Shown here piece by piece: positions 26,910 to 35,930 of a stretch of 64,000 bases of DNA. Below the pieces are notes generated by a model that worked only from the letters and a program-made list of their open reading frames with translations, did no database searches and had not been told where the DNA came from. Both the position numbers and the translations under genes were made by a program. The DNA is from Bacteroidales bacterium (GTDB taxonomy: Bacteria > Bacteroidota > Bacteroidia > Bacteroidales > WCHB1-69), in the NCBI GenBank assembly GCA_017535665.1, contig JAFXTS010000020.1, forward strand, positions 14,931 through 78,930, in the 5' to 3' direction. Every line of letters begins with the position of its first letter. The stretch's first letter is position 1.

Positions 26910-27012
26910 TATTTTTGCAGCATCAAACTGTTTGAAGTCGAAAAGACGGAATAATCTCACACTCGGGATAAGGTCGCCCCTTTCAAGTGTGAGGTTATTT
27001 TTTTGTCTTCGA
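26910..27012 (+). ncRNA. Promoter plus long hairpin (candidate sRNA or orphan leader/terminator)
   Basis: TATTTTTG at 26910-26917; AATAATCTCACACT/AGTGTGAGGTTATT stem followed by a T-run, flanked by TCGAAAAGAC/GTCTTCGA. Confidence 0.45.
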
Positions 27013-27139
27013 GATAGGGTAGGGACGTAGGAACTATGAACAAAAAAGGTTAACCCATCCTGTATGTTCCCGCGAAGGGCGTCCACGCAAAAGCGCGATT
27101 TTAAAACATAACATCCACAAATTCTCGCAGGAAATTCAT

Positions 27140-27601
27140 TCAAGCTTCAAACAGCGGTCGCCAGGAATTGTTGGGTTGAGTGTTCTGTTTGCCGCAAGCA
27201 TGATAGAAAAACAAACAGCCTATTAAGGAATATATACGAATTTTACCCCTTTTGTTTACCACCAACCGTACACCTTGCGGTATCATGTAGACATTTTTAT
27301 TCACCTTAACTCCATCGACAAAGCCGATATAACTATTGGGTTCAACGGAATATACTGCTGCGCTGTCCCTTTCTTTAACAAAAATAGGGTGACAGGTTTT
27401 GTTGATAACACAAGAGGGCAGGTGTAGATTTATGAGTTGGATAATGCCGCATAGAAGAAATAAAAGCATTGCTATAGCACCTTCATCTTCTGGAATTCCA
27501 AAGAATGCGATTACACCAGCAATTCCAATAAAATCGCCAATAAGGTAACAGTTAAAATAGCGATTTATGGCACAAAAAAATCTTCTAAGCAAAGTTGTCA
27601 T
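27140..27601 (-). CDS. Hypothetical membrane protein
   Basis: 153 aa, two N-terminal TM segments, AT-rich. Confidence 0.6.
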   Translation of the reverse strand: MTTLLRRFFCAINRYFNCYLIGDFIGIAGVIAFFGIPEDEGAIAMLLFLLCGIIQLINLHLPSCVINKTCHPIFVKERDSAAVYSVEPNSYIGFVDGVKVNKNVYMIPQGVRLVVNKRGKIRIYSLIGCLFFYHACGKQNTQPNNSWRPLFEA

Positions 27602-27678
27602 TATTGGAAATGGTTTTCCAATAAACGTAGCCGGAGCGAATATTATTATTCACCTTGCCATTCGATTATAAAGACAAC

Positions 27679-27745
27679 CACCTGTCGGCAGGTTTGCCGC
27701 GGAAGAACCGGGAGGGTGGAGAGAACAATAAAAACAGAAAGGTTG
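27679..27745. repeat. Partial (right-end) copy of the multi-hairpin repeat
   Basis: CACC...CGGC.GGTTTGCCGCGGAAGAAC.GGG...AGAACAAT...AAAGGTTG matches 24742-24808. Confidence 0.85.
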
Positions 27746-27949
27746 TTCATTTTCTTTGCTAGCGCCCAAAGAAAATGAACCAAAAGAAATGCGCTTTGCC
27801 GCTGTGCAAATTCCGGCTAAAATCGGGGCTCGTGCGCTAAACGGCGAAAAACTTGATGAGCTTCACTGCGTGGCGCTCATCTTCGGACAGTTCGCCGTTC
27901 TTTACGCTCACTCCCCCCGATTTCTTCACGCCGTAATTTGCAAGGCGGC
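27745..27949. repeat. Second type of structured element: 14-bp perfect hairpin plus ~150-nt bulged hairpin (MITE/REP-like)
   Basis: GTTCATTTTCTTTG/CAAAGAAAATGAAC; nested GCCGC, TGCAAATT, AAATCGGGG, CGGCGAA and GATGAGC arms each have a downstream complement. Confidence 0.7.
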
Positions 27950-27998
27950 GGTGGAATGAACCTGCACTGCTTGATTTCGCTTCATGGTGGGGTTGGCC

Positions 27999-28158
27999 GT
28001 GTGCCGGCGGCACACACTCTTAGTAACCCCAGACAAGCGAAACGGAACGTGAAGCGCAGTCTGGGGTGGGGATGCGCCTCACCGCCACCCGCGGCACGCT
28101 GACAGGACGATAGCACCGGACGGTAGGTTTGCCGCGGAAGGACCGGGCGGATGGATAG
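27999..28158. repeat. Multi-hairpin repeat, copy 2 (left hairpin missing)
   Basis: Near-identical core GTGTGCCGGCGGCACAC...TGCCGCGG; ends at the hicB stop codon. Confidence 0.95.
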
Positions 28159-28563
28159 TTATACGAGTTGCACCGCCGCCAGTTCTCTACCAATCTTATG
28201 GATGGCTGTCTGAATCTTTGACACCTGTTTTTCCGACACATACTGCCCCTGCTTATATTGCCGCATCAAAGAGGGATTGATTCCGGCGTATTTTGCAAAT
28301 TGAGTCATATTCAGTATTTTATAATAGCTCAAGAAGGAAGGCATATCGTATTTATATACGAATGTAGTGTTTTTCAAATCGTCGGGATCTAGCTTGCCAG
28401 TTTCCTCAAACACCTCAATAAATTCTCTTACCGAATTTTCAAAATCGGCCTTAGCTTCGGCGACAGTGCTGCCATTACCATACATAACGGATTTTGTGTC
28501 AGGCGAGAACACCCCAAATGTGCCGTCTTTGCCAATCTCAATTAATGCGATTTTCTTTTTCAT
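28159..28563 (-). CDS. hicB: HicB-family antitoxin with C-terminal HTH
   Basis: IE...DG.FG, G.G.TVAEAK.DF, YD.PSFL, FAKYAGINPSLMRQY; downstream of hicA. Confidence 0.85.
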   Translation of the reverse strand: MKKKIALIEIGKDGTFGVFSPDTKSVMYGNGSTVAEAKADFENSVREFIEVFEETGKLDPDDLKNTTFVYKYDMPSFLSYYKILNMTQFAKYAGINPSLMRQYKQGQYVSEKQVSKIQTAIHKIGRELAAVQLV

Positions 28564-28582
28564 TATAATGTTGTAGTTACTA

Positions 28583-28765
28583 TTAAAAACCTATCACTTT
28601 TTTCAATTTGCAATATAATCCGTACTTGATTTCCTGCGAGCCATGCCGCTCAATTTTCAGAAGTTCATCCTTCTCTGCATGAGCATATATGTCGTGATTG
28701 CCGCCATTTCTCAAAAGATACCATCCGTTCTGTTCAGCAATTCTTCTTAATTCATTCCATTTCAT
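28583..28765 (-). CDS. hicA: HicA-family mRNA interferase toxin
   Basis: 60 aa, MKWNEL.R.....GW...R.G.NHDIY, RHGSQEI..G. Confidence 0.9.
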   Translation of the reverse strand: MKWNELRRIAEQNGWYLLRNGGNHDIYAHAEKDELLKIERHGSQEIKYGLYCKLKKVIGF

Positions 28766-28791
28766 CGCACTGTAGTTAATTGAGTACGCTG

Positions 28792-28817
28792 CAAATATAT
28801 AACTTTTATGTTATATA
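28792..28817 (-). promoter_or_regulatory. hicAB promoter with overlapping palindromic operator
   Basis: TATATTTG -7 box (28792-28799, minus) overlapped by the inverted repeat TATATAAC-N6-GTTATATA (28796-28817). Confidence 0.65.
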
Positions 28818-28907
28818 ATAATGCTTTGTGAAAAATCTTTTCCATATATCTATCAATTGATTACGAAAATATTTTAACAAATTAACTAAAAATAGGCGAT
28901 TTTTTGG

Positions 28908-29120
28908 GAGATTCCGTTCCCGACGGTAGGAGGGAACGGAATGGTGGGTGCATTGGGCTATGGAGGATGCGACGAGGAAAAGTGTGCCGGCGGCACACAC
29001 TCTTAGTAACCCCAGACAAGCGAAACGGAACGTGAAGCGCAGTCTGGGGTGGGAACGCCACGCACCGCCACCCGCGGCACGCTGACAGGATGATAGCACC
29101 TGACGGCAAGTTTGCCGCGG
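28908..29120. repeat. Multi-hairpin repeat, full copy 3
   Basis: Same four stems as copy 1; the loop of the first hairpin is inverted relative to copy 1. Confidence 0.95.
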
Positions 29121-29133
29121 CGGCACCTCATGA

Positions 29134-29646
29134 CTATATCCTCCCGAAGCCGTGCTCACGCTCCACCACTTTCGTCAAAGCCGACTCCAACTGCCCGATG
29201 TCTTCCCATGTCCAGCCAAGACCGCCTTTGCAAATCACAATCCTTTTTCCGCTTTTGGGAAAAATCCGCAGCCGGTCAAGACTCTTTCCTCCCCAATACA
29301 CGTCCCATCTCATTCCTTCAAATGGAATGACAGTCTTCAACTGGCGATTCCCTATGGTATAATGTATTACCCTGATTTCCTGTTTGATATAATCTACATA
29401 AACCACATCTGCCAAACTTCCCTTGTTGAGAAAAGAATAGAAAGGAGCCATAAACAAGCCAAACCCGCCACATGCCAGCACGTAACCTAAAAAGTGCTTT
29501 CCAACATCCATGATAATGCCTGCCAGAAAAGGCACCCCGGCAAAAAACAAAAAGAGAGGAATAAACCGTATCCAAAACCGGAACACGATGGAATGCTTCC
29601 GCTTACTCCTTTTGATAACCCTGACGTATTGTGGATAATCTGCCAT
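29134..29646 (-). CDS. Hypothetical membrane protein (2 TM plus soluble beta-rich domain)
   Basis: 170-aa ORF ending 13 bp before repeat copy 3. Confidence 0.7.
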   Translation of the reverse strand: MADYPQYVRVIKRSKRKHSIVFRFWIRFIPLFLFFAGVPFLAGIIMDVGKHFLGYVLACGGFGLFMAPFYSFLNKGSLADVVYVDYIKQEIRVIHYTIGNRQLKTVIPFEGMRWDVYWGGKSLDRLRIFPKSGKRIVICKGGLGWTWEDIGQLESALTKVVEREHGFGRI

Positions 29647-29678
29647 CTATAATACGGTTGAAAAACTTTCTCGCCCCC

Positions 29679-29796
29679 ATCCTTTCATCCCTTCATCCTC
29701 ACCATTAACCTCTTCACACCTTCACTCCTTCACTCCTTAACTTCTTAACTCTCAACTCTCAACTTTCAATTTTCAATTCTCAATTCTCAATTCTCA
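29679..29796. repeat. Degenerate 7-8-mer tandem tract (CCTTCACT > TCTCAAC > TCTCAAT)
   Basis: Visible directly; starts at the RluA stop codon. Confidence 0.85.
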
Positions 29797-30471
29797 TCTC
29801 CCCACAATCTTCTCCATCTCTCCCGACAGCGGCGCGGTTACCTCCACGGTTTCGTGCCGCACGGGGTGCTCGAACCGTACACGATAGGAGTGCAACGAGA
29901 TGGAGCCGTCGCGGTTGGAGCGTTTCGCCCCGTACTTCAAATCCCCCTTGATAATGCAGCCGTGCGCCGCCAGCTGCGCCCGTATCTGGTGGTGACGCCC
30001 CGTGTACAGCTCCACCTCCAACAAGGTGTAGTGGGTCAGCGTGCGTACCACGCGGTAGGCCAGCTCCGCCTCCACATATCCGGGCTTCTGGGTAGGGGAG
30101 ACCGCCGTTTTGTTGGTGCGCTCATCCTTCTTTACATAATCCACCAGCTTCTGCTCGGGCACCTCCGGCGCTTTCTCCACCAAGGCCCAGTAAATCTTGC
30201 TGATATGGCGCTCCTTCACCAACTCGTTCATCCGAGTCAGCGCTTTGGAGGTCTTGGCAAAGATGACCGCCCCGCTCACTGGCCGGTCGATGCGATGCAC
30301 CAAACCGCAGAACACATTCCCCGGCTTGTTGTAACGCTCTTTCAGGTACTGCCGCACCTCCTCCACCAACGGCACATCACCCGTCTTGTCGCCCTGCACG
30401 ATCTCTCCCGCCAGTTTGTTGACGATAATCAGATGGTTGTCTTCGAAAAGGATGCGGTCGGCCAACGACAT
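29794..30471 (-). CDS. RluA-family pseudouridine synthase
   Basis: VNK.AG, HRIDRPVSG catalytic Asp, TGRHHQIR, GDLKYG, LHS motifs. Confidence 0.95.
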   Translation of the reverse strand: MSLADRILFEDNHLIIVNKLAGEIVQGDKTGDVPLVEEVRQYLKERYNKPGNVFCGLVHRIDRPVSGAVIFAKTSKALTRMNELVKERHISKIYWALVEKAPEVPEQKLVDYVKKDERTNKTAVSPTQKPGYVEAELAYRVVRTLTHYTLLEVELYTGRHHQIRAQLAAHGCIIKGDLKYGAKRSNRDGSISLHSYRVRFEHPVRHETVEVTAPLSGEMEKIVGR

Positions 30472-31292
30472 CAATACTGCTCTTTTTCGTTGGGGAAGTC
30501 CATGTTTTTCACATCCTCAATGTAGTTGCCCACCGCGCGGATGATTTCCTCGCTGAGGTTGTGGTATCTTCTCAGGAAGCGTGGGGAGAACTGCTGGGTG
30601 ATGCCGAGCATGTCGTGCAGCACCAGTACCTGTCCGCTGGTGGCGTTGCCGGCCCCGATGCCGATGGTGGGAACATGCACCGCTTCGGTCACCCTTTTGG
30701 CGACCTCGGCGGGGATTTTCTCTAACACAATGGAGAAACAGCCGTATTTTTCCAACTGCTGGGCATCGTAGAGCAGCTTCTCAGCTTCCTCCTCTTCGGT
30801 GGCGCGTACGGCGTAGGTGCCGAACTTGTTGATAGACTGCGGGGTAAGCCCAAGATGGCCCATTACAGGGATGCCGGCGCAGATGATGCGTTCGATAGAT
30901 TCACGGATCTCTTCGCCTCCCTCCAGCTTGATGGCATCGGCGCCCGACTCCTTCATGATGCGGATGGCCGAGTGCAGGGCCTCTTTCGAGTTGCCCTGGT
31001 AGGTGCCGAAGGGGAGGTCCACCACCACCAATGCGCGTTCCACTGCCCGCACTACGGAGGCGGCATGGTAAATCATCGCGTCAAGGGTGATGGGAAGGGT
31101 GGTTTTGTAACCGGCCATGACGTTGGCGGCCGAGTCGCCGACCAAAATCACATCAATTTTCGCCATGTCCAACAGCTTTGCCAACGAGTAGTCGTAGGCA
31201 GTCAGCATCGCGATTTTCTCGTTCTGGTCGCGCATGCGCTGCAAGATGTTAGTGGTTACCTTCTGAACATCTTGGTATAAGTATCCAGACAT
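30471..31292 (-). CDS. panB: 3-methyl-2-oxobutanoate hydroxymethyltransferase
   Basis: [31 protein letters not shown]...GQVLV.HDMLG motifs. Confidence 0.97.
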   Translation of the reverse strand: MSGYLYQDVQKVTTNILQRMRDQNEKIAMLTAYDYSLAKLLDMAKIDVILVGDSAANVMAGYKTTLPITLDAMIYHAASVVRAVERALVVVDLPFGTYQGNSKEALHSAIRIMKESGADAIKLEGGEEIRESIERIICAGIPVMGHLGLTPQSINKFGTYAVRATEEEEAEKLLYDAQQLEKYGCFSIVLEKIPAEVAKRVTEAVHVPTIGIGAGNATSGQVLVLHDMLGITQQFSPRFLRRYHNLSEEIIRAVGNYIEDVKNMDFPNEKEQY

Positions 31293-31301
31293 AATGGGGT
31301 G

Positions 31302-32255
31302 TTATTGTAAGGTTGTTTCAATCAGATATTTGTCGCGTTTCGGGTTGCTGTTGGAGATCAGCTCGCCGATGAAACCCGCGAGGAACAGCTGGCAGCCGAT
31401 GACCACCGCCAACAGGGCGAGGTAGAACAGCGGCTGGTCGGTCACCTGGCGGAAGATCTCTCCCTGGTGCATCAGGATGAGTTTTTTCGCGATAAGGGCA
31501 ATGACAATGATGAGGCCGAGAAGGAAGGAGACGCTACCCCACAGCCCGAAGAAGTGCATGGGCTGTTTGCCGAATCGTTTGGTGAAGGTGAGCGTCATCA
31601 GGTCGAGGTAGCCGTTCACGAAACGGTTCCAGCCGAACTTGGAGGTGCCATATTTGCGTTTCTGGTGGTGAACCACCTTCTCGCCAATCTTCGTGAAGCC
31701 TGCCCATTTGGCGATGACCGGAATGTAGCGGTGCATCTCGCTGTAAATTTCAATGTTTTTCACCACATCTTTGCGGTAGGCTTTCAGTCCGCAGTTGAAG
31801 TCGTGGAGTTGGATTTTGGAGATGTGGCGGGTGGTGGCATTGAAGAGTTTGGAAGGGATGTTCTTCAGCATCACGTTATCGTAACGCTTTTTCTTCCAGC
31901 CTGATACCACATCGTATCCCTCTTCCGTAATCATGCGGTACAGCTCGGGAATTTCGTCGGGACTGTCCTGCAGGTCGGCGTCCATGGTGATGACCACATC
32001 GCCCTCGCAGGCGGCGAAGGCCGTATTCAGGGCTGCCGATTTGCCGTAGTTGGTGCGGAACTTGATGCCCTTGATGTTGGGGTTGGTCGCGTGCAGCTGT
32101 TCCACCACCTTCCACGAGCCGTCGGTGGAACCATCGTCCACCATCAGAATCTCGTAGCTTAAAGAATGCTCGTTCACGACGCGTTCAATCCATGCTGCCA
32201 GTTCGGGCAGCGATTCCTTTTCATTGTATAGGGGGATGATGACGGAAAGGTTCAT
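31302..32255 (-). CDS. Glycosyltransferase family 2 (polyprenol-phosphate glycosyltransferase, ArnC/DPM1-like)
   Basis: VDDGSTDGS, NYGKSAAL, MDADLQDSP, HDFNCGLKAYR, two C-terminal TM segments. Confidence 0.92.
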   Translation of the reverse strand: MNLSVIIPLYNEKESLPELAAWIERVVNEHSLSYEILMVDDGSTDGSWKVVEQLHATNPNIKGIKFRTNYGKSAALNTAFAACEGDVVITMDADLQDSPDEIPELYRMITEEGYDVVSGWKKKRYDNVMLKNIPSKLFNATTRHISKIQLHDFNCGLKAYRKDVVKNIEIYSEMHRYIPVIAKWAGFTKIGEKVVHHQKRKYGTSKFGWNRFVNGYLDLMTLTFTKRFGKQPMHFFGLWGSVSFLLGLIIVIALIAKKLILMHQGEIFRQVTDQPLFYLALLAVVIGCQLFLAGFIGELISNSNPKRDKYLIETTLQ

Positions 32256-32267
32256 AATGTTGGGTTT

Positions 32268-33215
32268 TTATTGTTCAGAATGATTTTCTTCAGTCTTAAC
32301 CTCAGTTTTGGTATCGGTATCAGGTTCTTCTTCGGCAGCCACCGGGTCGTTGCCGTTGCGCGAGCAGATGGTCTTTTCTTTCCGGTAAAGGAAGAGCGCC
32401 ACAAAGATGTTGATCATGAGTCCGTAGAGCAGAGCAGCCAATGTGGTGATGGTGCCTGCCGCAGGGATGGTTAAGTACTGTGGAACTTGCTTGGTGGCAA
32501 GACGTTGTTTCCATACAGGATTCTCTGCCAAAGAGTCGCGGGCGGCTTCCACTGCTTCGAGACTGACGGGCAGAATTTCAGGATTGCCCATACGCACCGA
32601 GTAGAGGGTGGAACGCAGTTGCTGATCAGAGCAGATGTCAAAGGTGTCGAGTTGGTACAATCTGCCCGTGGTATCGTGCTTGCATTTGAGCGTCAGTTCG
32701 CGCTCGAAACGTTTCAGGATGACCACCACGCCACTGTCGGCTTTCATCCGCAAAGTGTCGTCGGCAATAGTCTTGTGGGTCTCTTGTAGTGAGATGCGTT
32801 TCAGAGTTTTGTGATAATCTTTGATTTCGGCAGTCGTGATGGTGTCCTGTTGGATGGACTTGATGGCCAATTCGGTGTTTTGACGGTTGAGACGTCCCAG
32901 ACCATCTTTCTCAAAAACAGCCAACTGCAGCATCATGTAGAGTGCCAGAATGACGTACCCGATAAATACGACGCCGCAGCCGATGCCGAAGGCTTTCGAG
33001 AACTTGATGAGACCATCCTGCATCTTGTCGCGCACATCGCGGATGGCCAGATAAAGGCAGGCTACGATGGCCAACACCTGTAGCAAGTCCTTCACTGGAC
33101 CGTAGTAGTAGCCGGTATTTACGGCAAAAAAGCCTAATAGATTAATGACAGAAAGCCCTGCTCCAAGCAGGGCTCCCCATTTGACGATGATGATGAATTT
33201 AGAATCTTTCATCAT
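32268..33215 (-). CDS. DUF4199-like membrane protein
   Basis: Three N-terminal TM segments with RD....G.I.F..AF..G, a periplasmic insert and a C-terminal TM; adjacent to the GT2 gene. Confidence 0.65.
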   Translation of the reverse strand: MMKDSKFIIIVKWGALLGAGLSVINLLGFFAVNTGYYYGPVKDLLQVLAIVACLYLAIRDVRDKMQDGLIKFSKAFGIGCGVVFIGYVILALYMMLQLAVFEKDGLGRLNRQNTELAIKSIQQDTITTAEIKDYHKTLKRISLQETHKTIADDTLRMKADSGVVVILKRFERELTLKCKHDTTGRLYQLDTFDICSDQQLRSTLYSVRMGNPEILPVSLEAVEAARDSLAENPVWKQRLATKQVPQYLTIPAAGTITTLAALLYGLMINIFVALFLYRKEKTICSRNGNDPVAAEEEPDTDTKTEVKTEENHSEQ

Positions 33216-33223
33216 TCGGATGA

Positions 33224-35827
33224 TTATCGGTTGGTGTCAGAAGCACCATAGAATCTGCTTCTGTGGTCAACGAGCTTGCCGTCACCAGCGATGTCGTTGT
33301 AAACCAGCTGTTTCACCACATCATTCAGCGGATAACCGCCATACTGCTGTGACTGCGGGTTCTCCACCAATACGGTCTTGTATGCGAAGTTGGTGTATTG
33401 CATGTTGATGAACTTCTCGGCTTCTTTTTTAGCGGCTTTGTCGTCCATCTGCTGATAGGATTTGATCTGGTTGGTGATCTGTTCCATCATCTGTTTTTTC
33501 ACTTCGGTGCCTTTGTCAACCTTGGTCACGCTCACGAGGTAAGCGTAGTTGTTACCGCTCACCACGGCGGTCTTGCCGGCGGCGAGGTCTGCGATTTTAC
33601 CTACAGCCGTGCTCTCCATGTTGCCGTATTCTGAGAAACCAACGGCCATCTGCTGCGGGGCAGCACCATATTTGCTGGCGATTTCGGCCATGTTGTTGCC
33701 GTTGAACTCTTTCTTGAGGCGGGCCACAACAGCGTCTTTCTTCATCTCAGCCTTCATATCATTGATGACGCGCTCTTTCATCTCTTTAAAAGAGGGGTTC
33801 TGAACTTCTACAGAAGCGGAGATGCCCATGACAACGAACACTTCGCTGATGGTGGTTTCGCCGGTCATCTGGTTGAAGGTGGTCAGGTGGCCGATGAAAG
33901 GATTGTGGGCGACGCTGCCTACTGCGTTGTTGGCATTCTTGCTGGTGCTGAAAGCCCAGTTGACCGCCTCGCGGCAGTCGAGGATGCCCGTGCTGACCTC
34001 TACCACGTGCTGCATGCTGGTGATGCTGGTGCTGATGGTTTCGCCACCGTTCTTCTTTGCGGCCTTGGTCATCTCTTCAACGGTGTTGCAGTTGGAAACC
34101 TTGTCAGCATTCTGACGAGCTTTCTTGTCGGTCATGGAGCTGGCCATTACCGGAACAGGATAGAGCACATACTGGCTCTTGGCAACGGGTTCTGATTTGT
34201 ACAGCACCATGTCCACAGTGTACAGGTTCAGGTTGTCGCGCTTGTTGATGTAGCACTCGTTGACGTTGGTGTTGATGAGTGCGTTGAACCATTTGGAAGT
34301 CATGGTGTCGTTGGAGGCGTAGATGTAGCGACCGATGCCGTCAAATGAAGCACCATCGAGGAGAACGTAGGGGTGAAGAACGGAGTCGGTGCCGTATTGT
34401 GCCAGATAAGGAATCATAGCGGATGAGTCTTGGCCGTCGAGGGCAGCCTTGATCTCCTGAGCCTTGGCCAAAGCCTGCTCTTCGGTCATGTCCTTATCTT
34501 CTTTCGGGCTGTCGGTATAGGGCAGAATCAGCTGGGCGATTTTGATGGAGTCAGGACGGTTCTGCACGTCTCTCACCTGACCGAAATAGATAACATTGTT
34601 ATTATATAATTTCGGAGCGATGAAGGCGCTGTCTTTGCTGGTATTGCTGACCAATGCTTTCCATTCGGGAGTCATGGCCAGTGCGTGTGAGGAGAATCCG
34701 CGCGGATTGTGGCTCAAGGCATTGCGTTTCTGCAAGGCGGTCTCGTCAGCTTTCAGATAAAGGTTGGTATCTACCTGTGCGTAAGCGGCTACGAGGCTGG
34801 CACCTAACATGTTGTAGGTGTAAGGATCTCTGCTGTTCTGGGCATATTTCAGGTCGATTTTTTCGATCTTGGTGGGCTGAGCCGTGAACTCCTGGATGGA
34901 GTTGCTGTTCTGCAATTGGCGGAACAGACTGTCGGCCAATTTGGCGGAGTTGATGCGGTCTTCGGCGGTGGGGTTCACCGTGAAATAAGCGATCTCCACA
35001 TCCTTCTCGGTCTGACGGATGGTGTAGCGGTTCTTATGCTCTTTGAAATAAGCCTTCGCATCGCTGTCGCTGATGTCGAATTTCAGATTGTCGAAAGAGG
35101 GATGGTTGAGGTTGATGGCCACCATCTGTCCGCTGATGCGGTTGTTGTTGTCGGCCATCTGGGCCAGCATCTTCTTGGAGAAGTGGATGGAGTTAGCGGC
35201 CAGTCCGAAGTAAGTATTCTCTTTAGCTTCAATGATATACATTCTCTCAACAGCCTTGTAAGCCTTGTAGAGACTGCTTTCTTTGCTCAACTGAGTCTCC
35301 ATATCTTCGGGGCTCTGCATGGCCTGCTGGATGGCTTTGTAGATGTTGGTGATGGAGTTGTAATCCTGAACACCCTCGGTGTATTCGGCCAGCGCGTAGT
35401 TGATGACCGTGCTCATAGGAGCCTGCGGGTTGTTGACCGATTTCAGCACGTTCTCGCTGATTTCCATCTTCATCTCATTGGTGAAGGAGAGACCGATTTT
35501 CTTCAACTGTTCGTCAAGGATGGTCTCGTGTTGGATCTGCTGATAGGTGAACTCATGAGCAATCTGGTTGAGGGTAGCACTGTTGTCCTCGTACAAAGGA
35601 TTGTTGCTGTTCATGATCTTCAAGAACTCGTAGTTCTGCTGGAAATACTCGCTGTATGCATTCTCGACTGCACCGGCTTCGATCTTGTGGTTGCCGACTT
35701 GCATGACGGTGTTTCTTCCGACATTCACCACATTCGTCAAGTCACCCACGATGAAAGCCAAAAGTGCTACACCGATGATAATCATCAAAAATACTCCGTG
35801 TTTGCGAATTTTGCCAATTGCTGCCAT
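33224..35827 (-). CDS. PpiD-like membrane-anchored periplasmic chaperone (SurA N-terminal domain)
   Basis: MAAIGKIRK.G..L.IIIGVALLAFIVGD N-terminus, RPDS motif, C-terminal D.R.RFY. Confidence 0.8.
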   Translation of the reverse strand: MAAIGKIRKHGVFLMIIIGVALLAFIVGDLTNVVNVGRNTVMQVGNHKIEAGAVENAYSEYFQQNYEFLKIMNSNNPLYEDNSATLNQIAHEFTYQQIQHETILDEQLKKIGLSFTNEMKMEISENVLKSVNNPQAPMSTVINYALAEYTEGVQDYNSITNIYKAIQQAMQSPEDMETQLSKESSLYKAYKAVERMYIIEAKENTYFGLAANSIHFSKKMLAQMADNNNRISGQMVAINLNHPSFDNLKFDISDSDAKAYFKEHKNRYTIRQTEKDVEIAYFTVNPTAEDRINSAKLADSLFRQLQNSNSIQEFTAQPTKIEKIDLKYAQNSRDPYTYNMLGASLVAAYAQVDTNLYLKADETALQKRNALSHNPRGFSSHALAMTPEWKALVSNTSKDSAFIAPKLYNNNVIYFGQVRDVQNRPDSIKIAQLILPYTDSPKEDKDMTEEQALAKAQEIKAALDGQDSSAMIPYLAQYGTDSVLHPYVLLDGASFDGIGRYIYASNDTMTSKWFNALINTNVNECYINKRDNLNLYTVDMVLYKSEPVAKSQYVLYPVPVMASSMTDKKARQNADKVSNCNTVEEMTKAAKKNGGETISTSITSMQHVVEVSTGILDCREAVNWAFSTSKNANNAVGSVAHNPFIGHLTTFNQMTGETTISEVFVVMGISASVEVQNPSFKEMKERVINDMKAEMKKDAVVARLKKEFNGNNMAEIASKYGAAPQQMAVGFSEYGNMESTAVGKIADLAAGKTAVVSGNNYAYLVSVTKVDKGTEVKKQMMEQITNQIKSYQQMDDKAAKKEAEKFINMQYTNFAYKTVLVENPQSQQYGGYPLNDVVKQLVYNDIAGDGKLVDHRSRFYGASDTNR

Positions 35828-35930
35828 TTCTTTCTTCTTTTATTATTAAATTGTTAAATTATTCTATTGTCTTATGATACAAAATTTAGGGTGCAAAATT
35901 ACGATTTTTTTTAAGATAATAATATATCTT

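Noticed and set aside
27601-27624. Perfect 10-bp hairpin TTATTGGAAA/TTTCCAATAA at the start of the 27140-27601 gene
   Set aside because: A single AT-rich palindrome with no second copy or other support; could be chance.
24415-29159. Three similar short ORFs (24415-24744, 28020-28241, 28806-29159 and overlaps) sharing peptide sequence
   Set aside because: The similarity comes from translating the non-coding hairpin repeat; starts and frames are inconsistent between copies.
24544-29670. Classical integron or IS element
   Set aside because: No integrase or transposase gene, and no clear RYYYAAC/GTTRRRY attC ends or terminal repeats with target duplication could be established. Kept only as an integron-like hypothesis.
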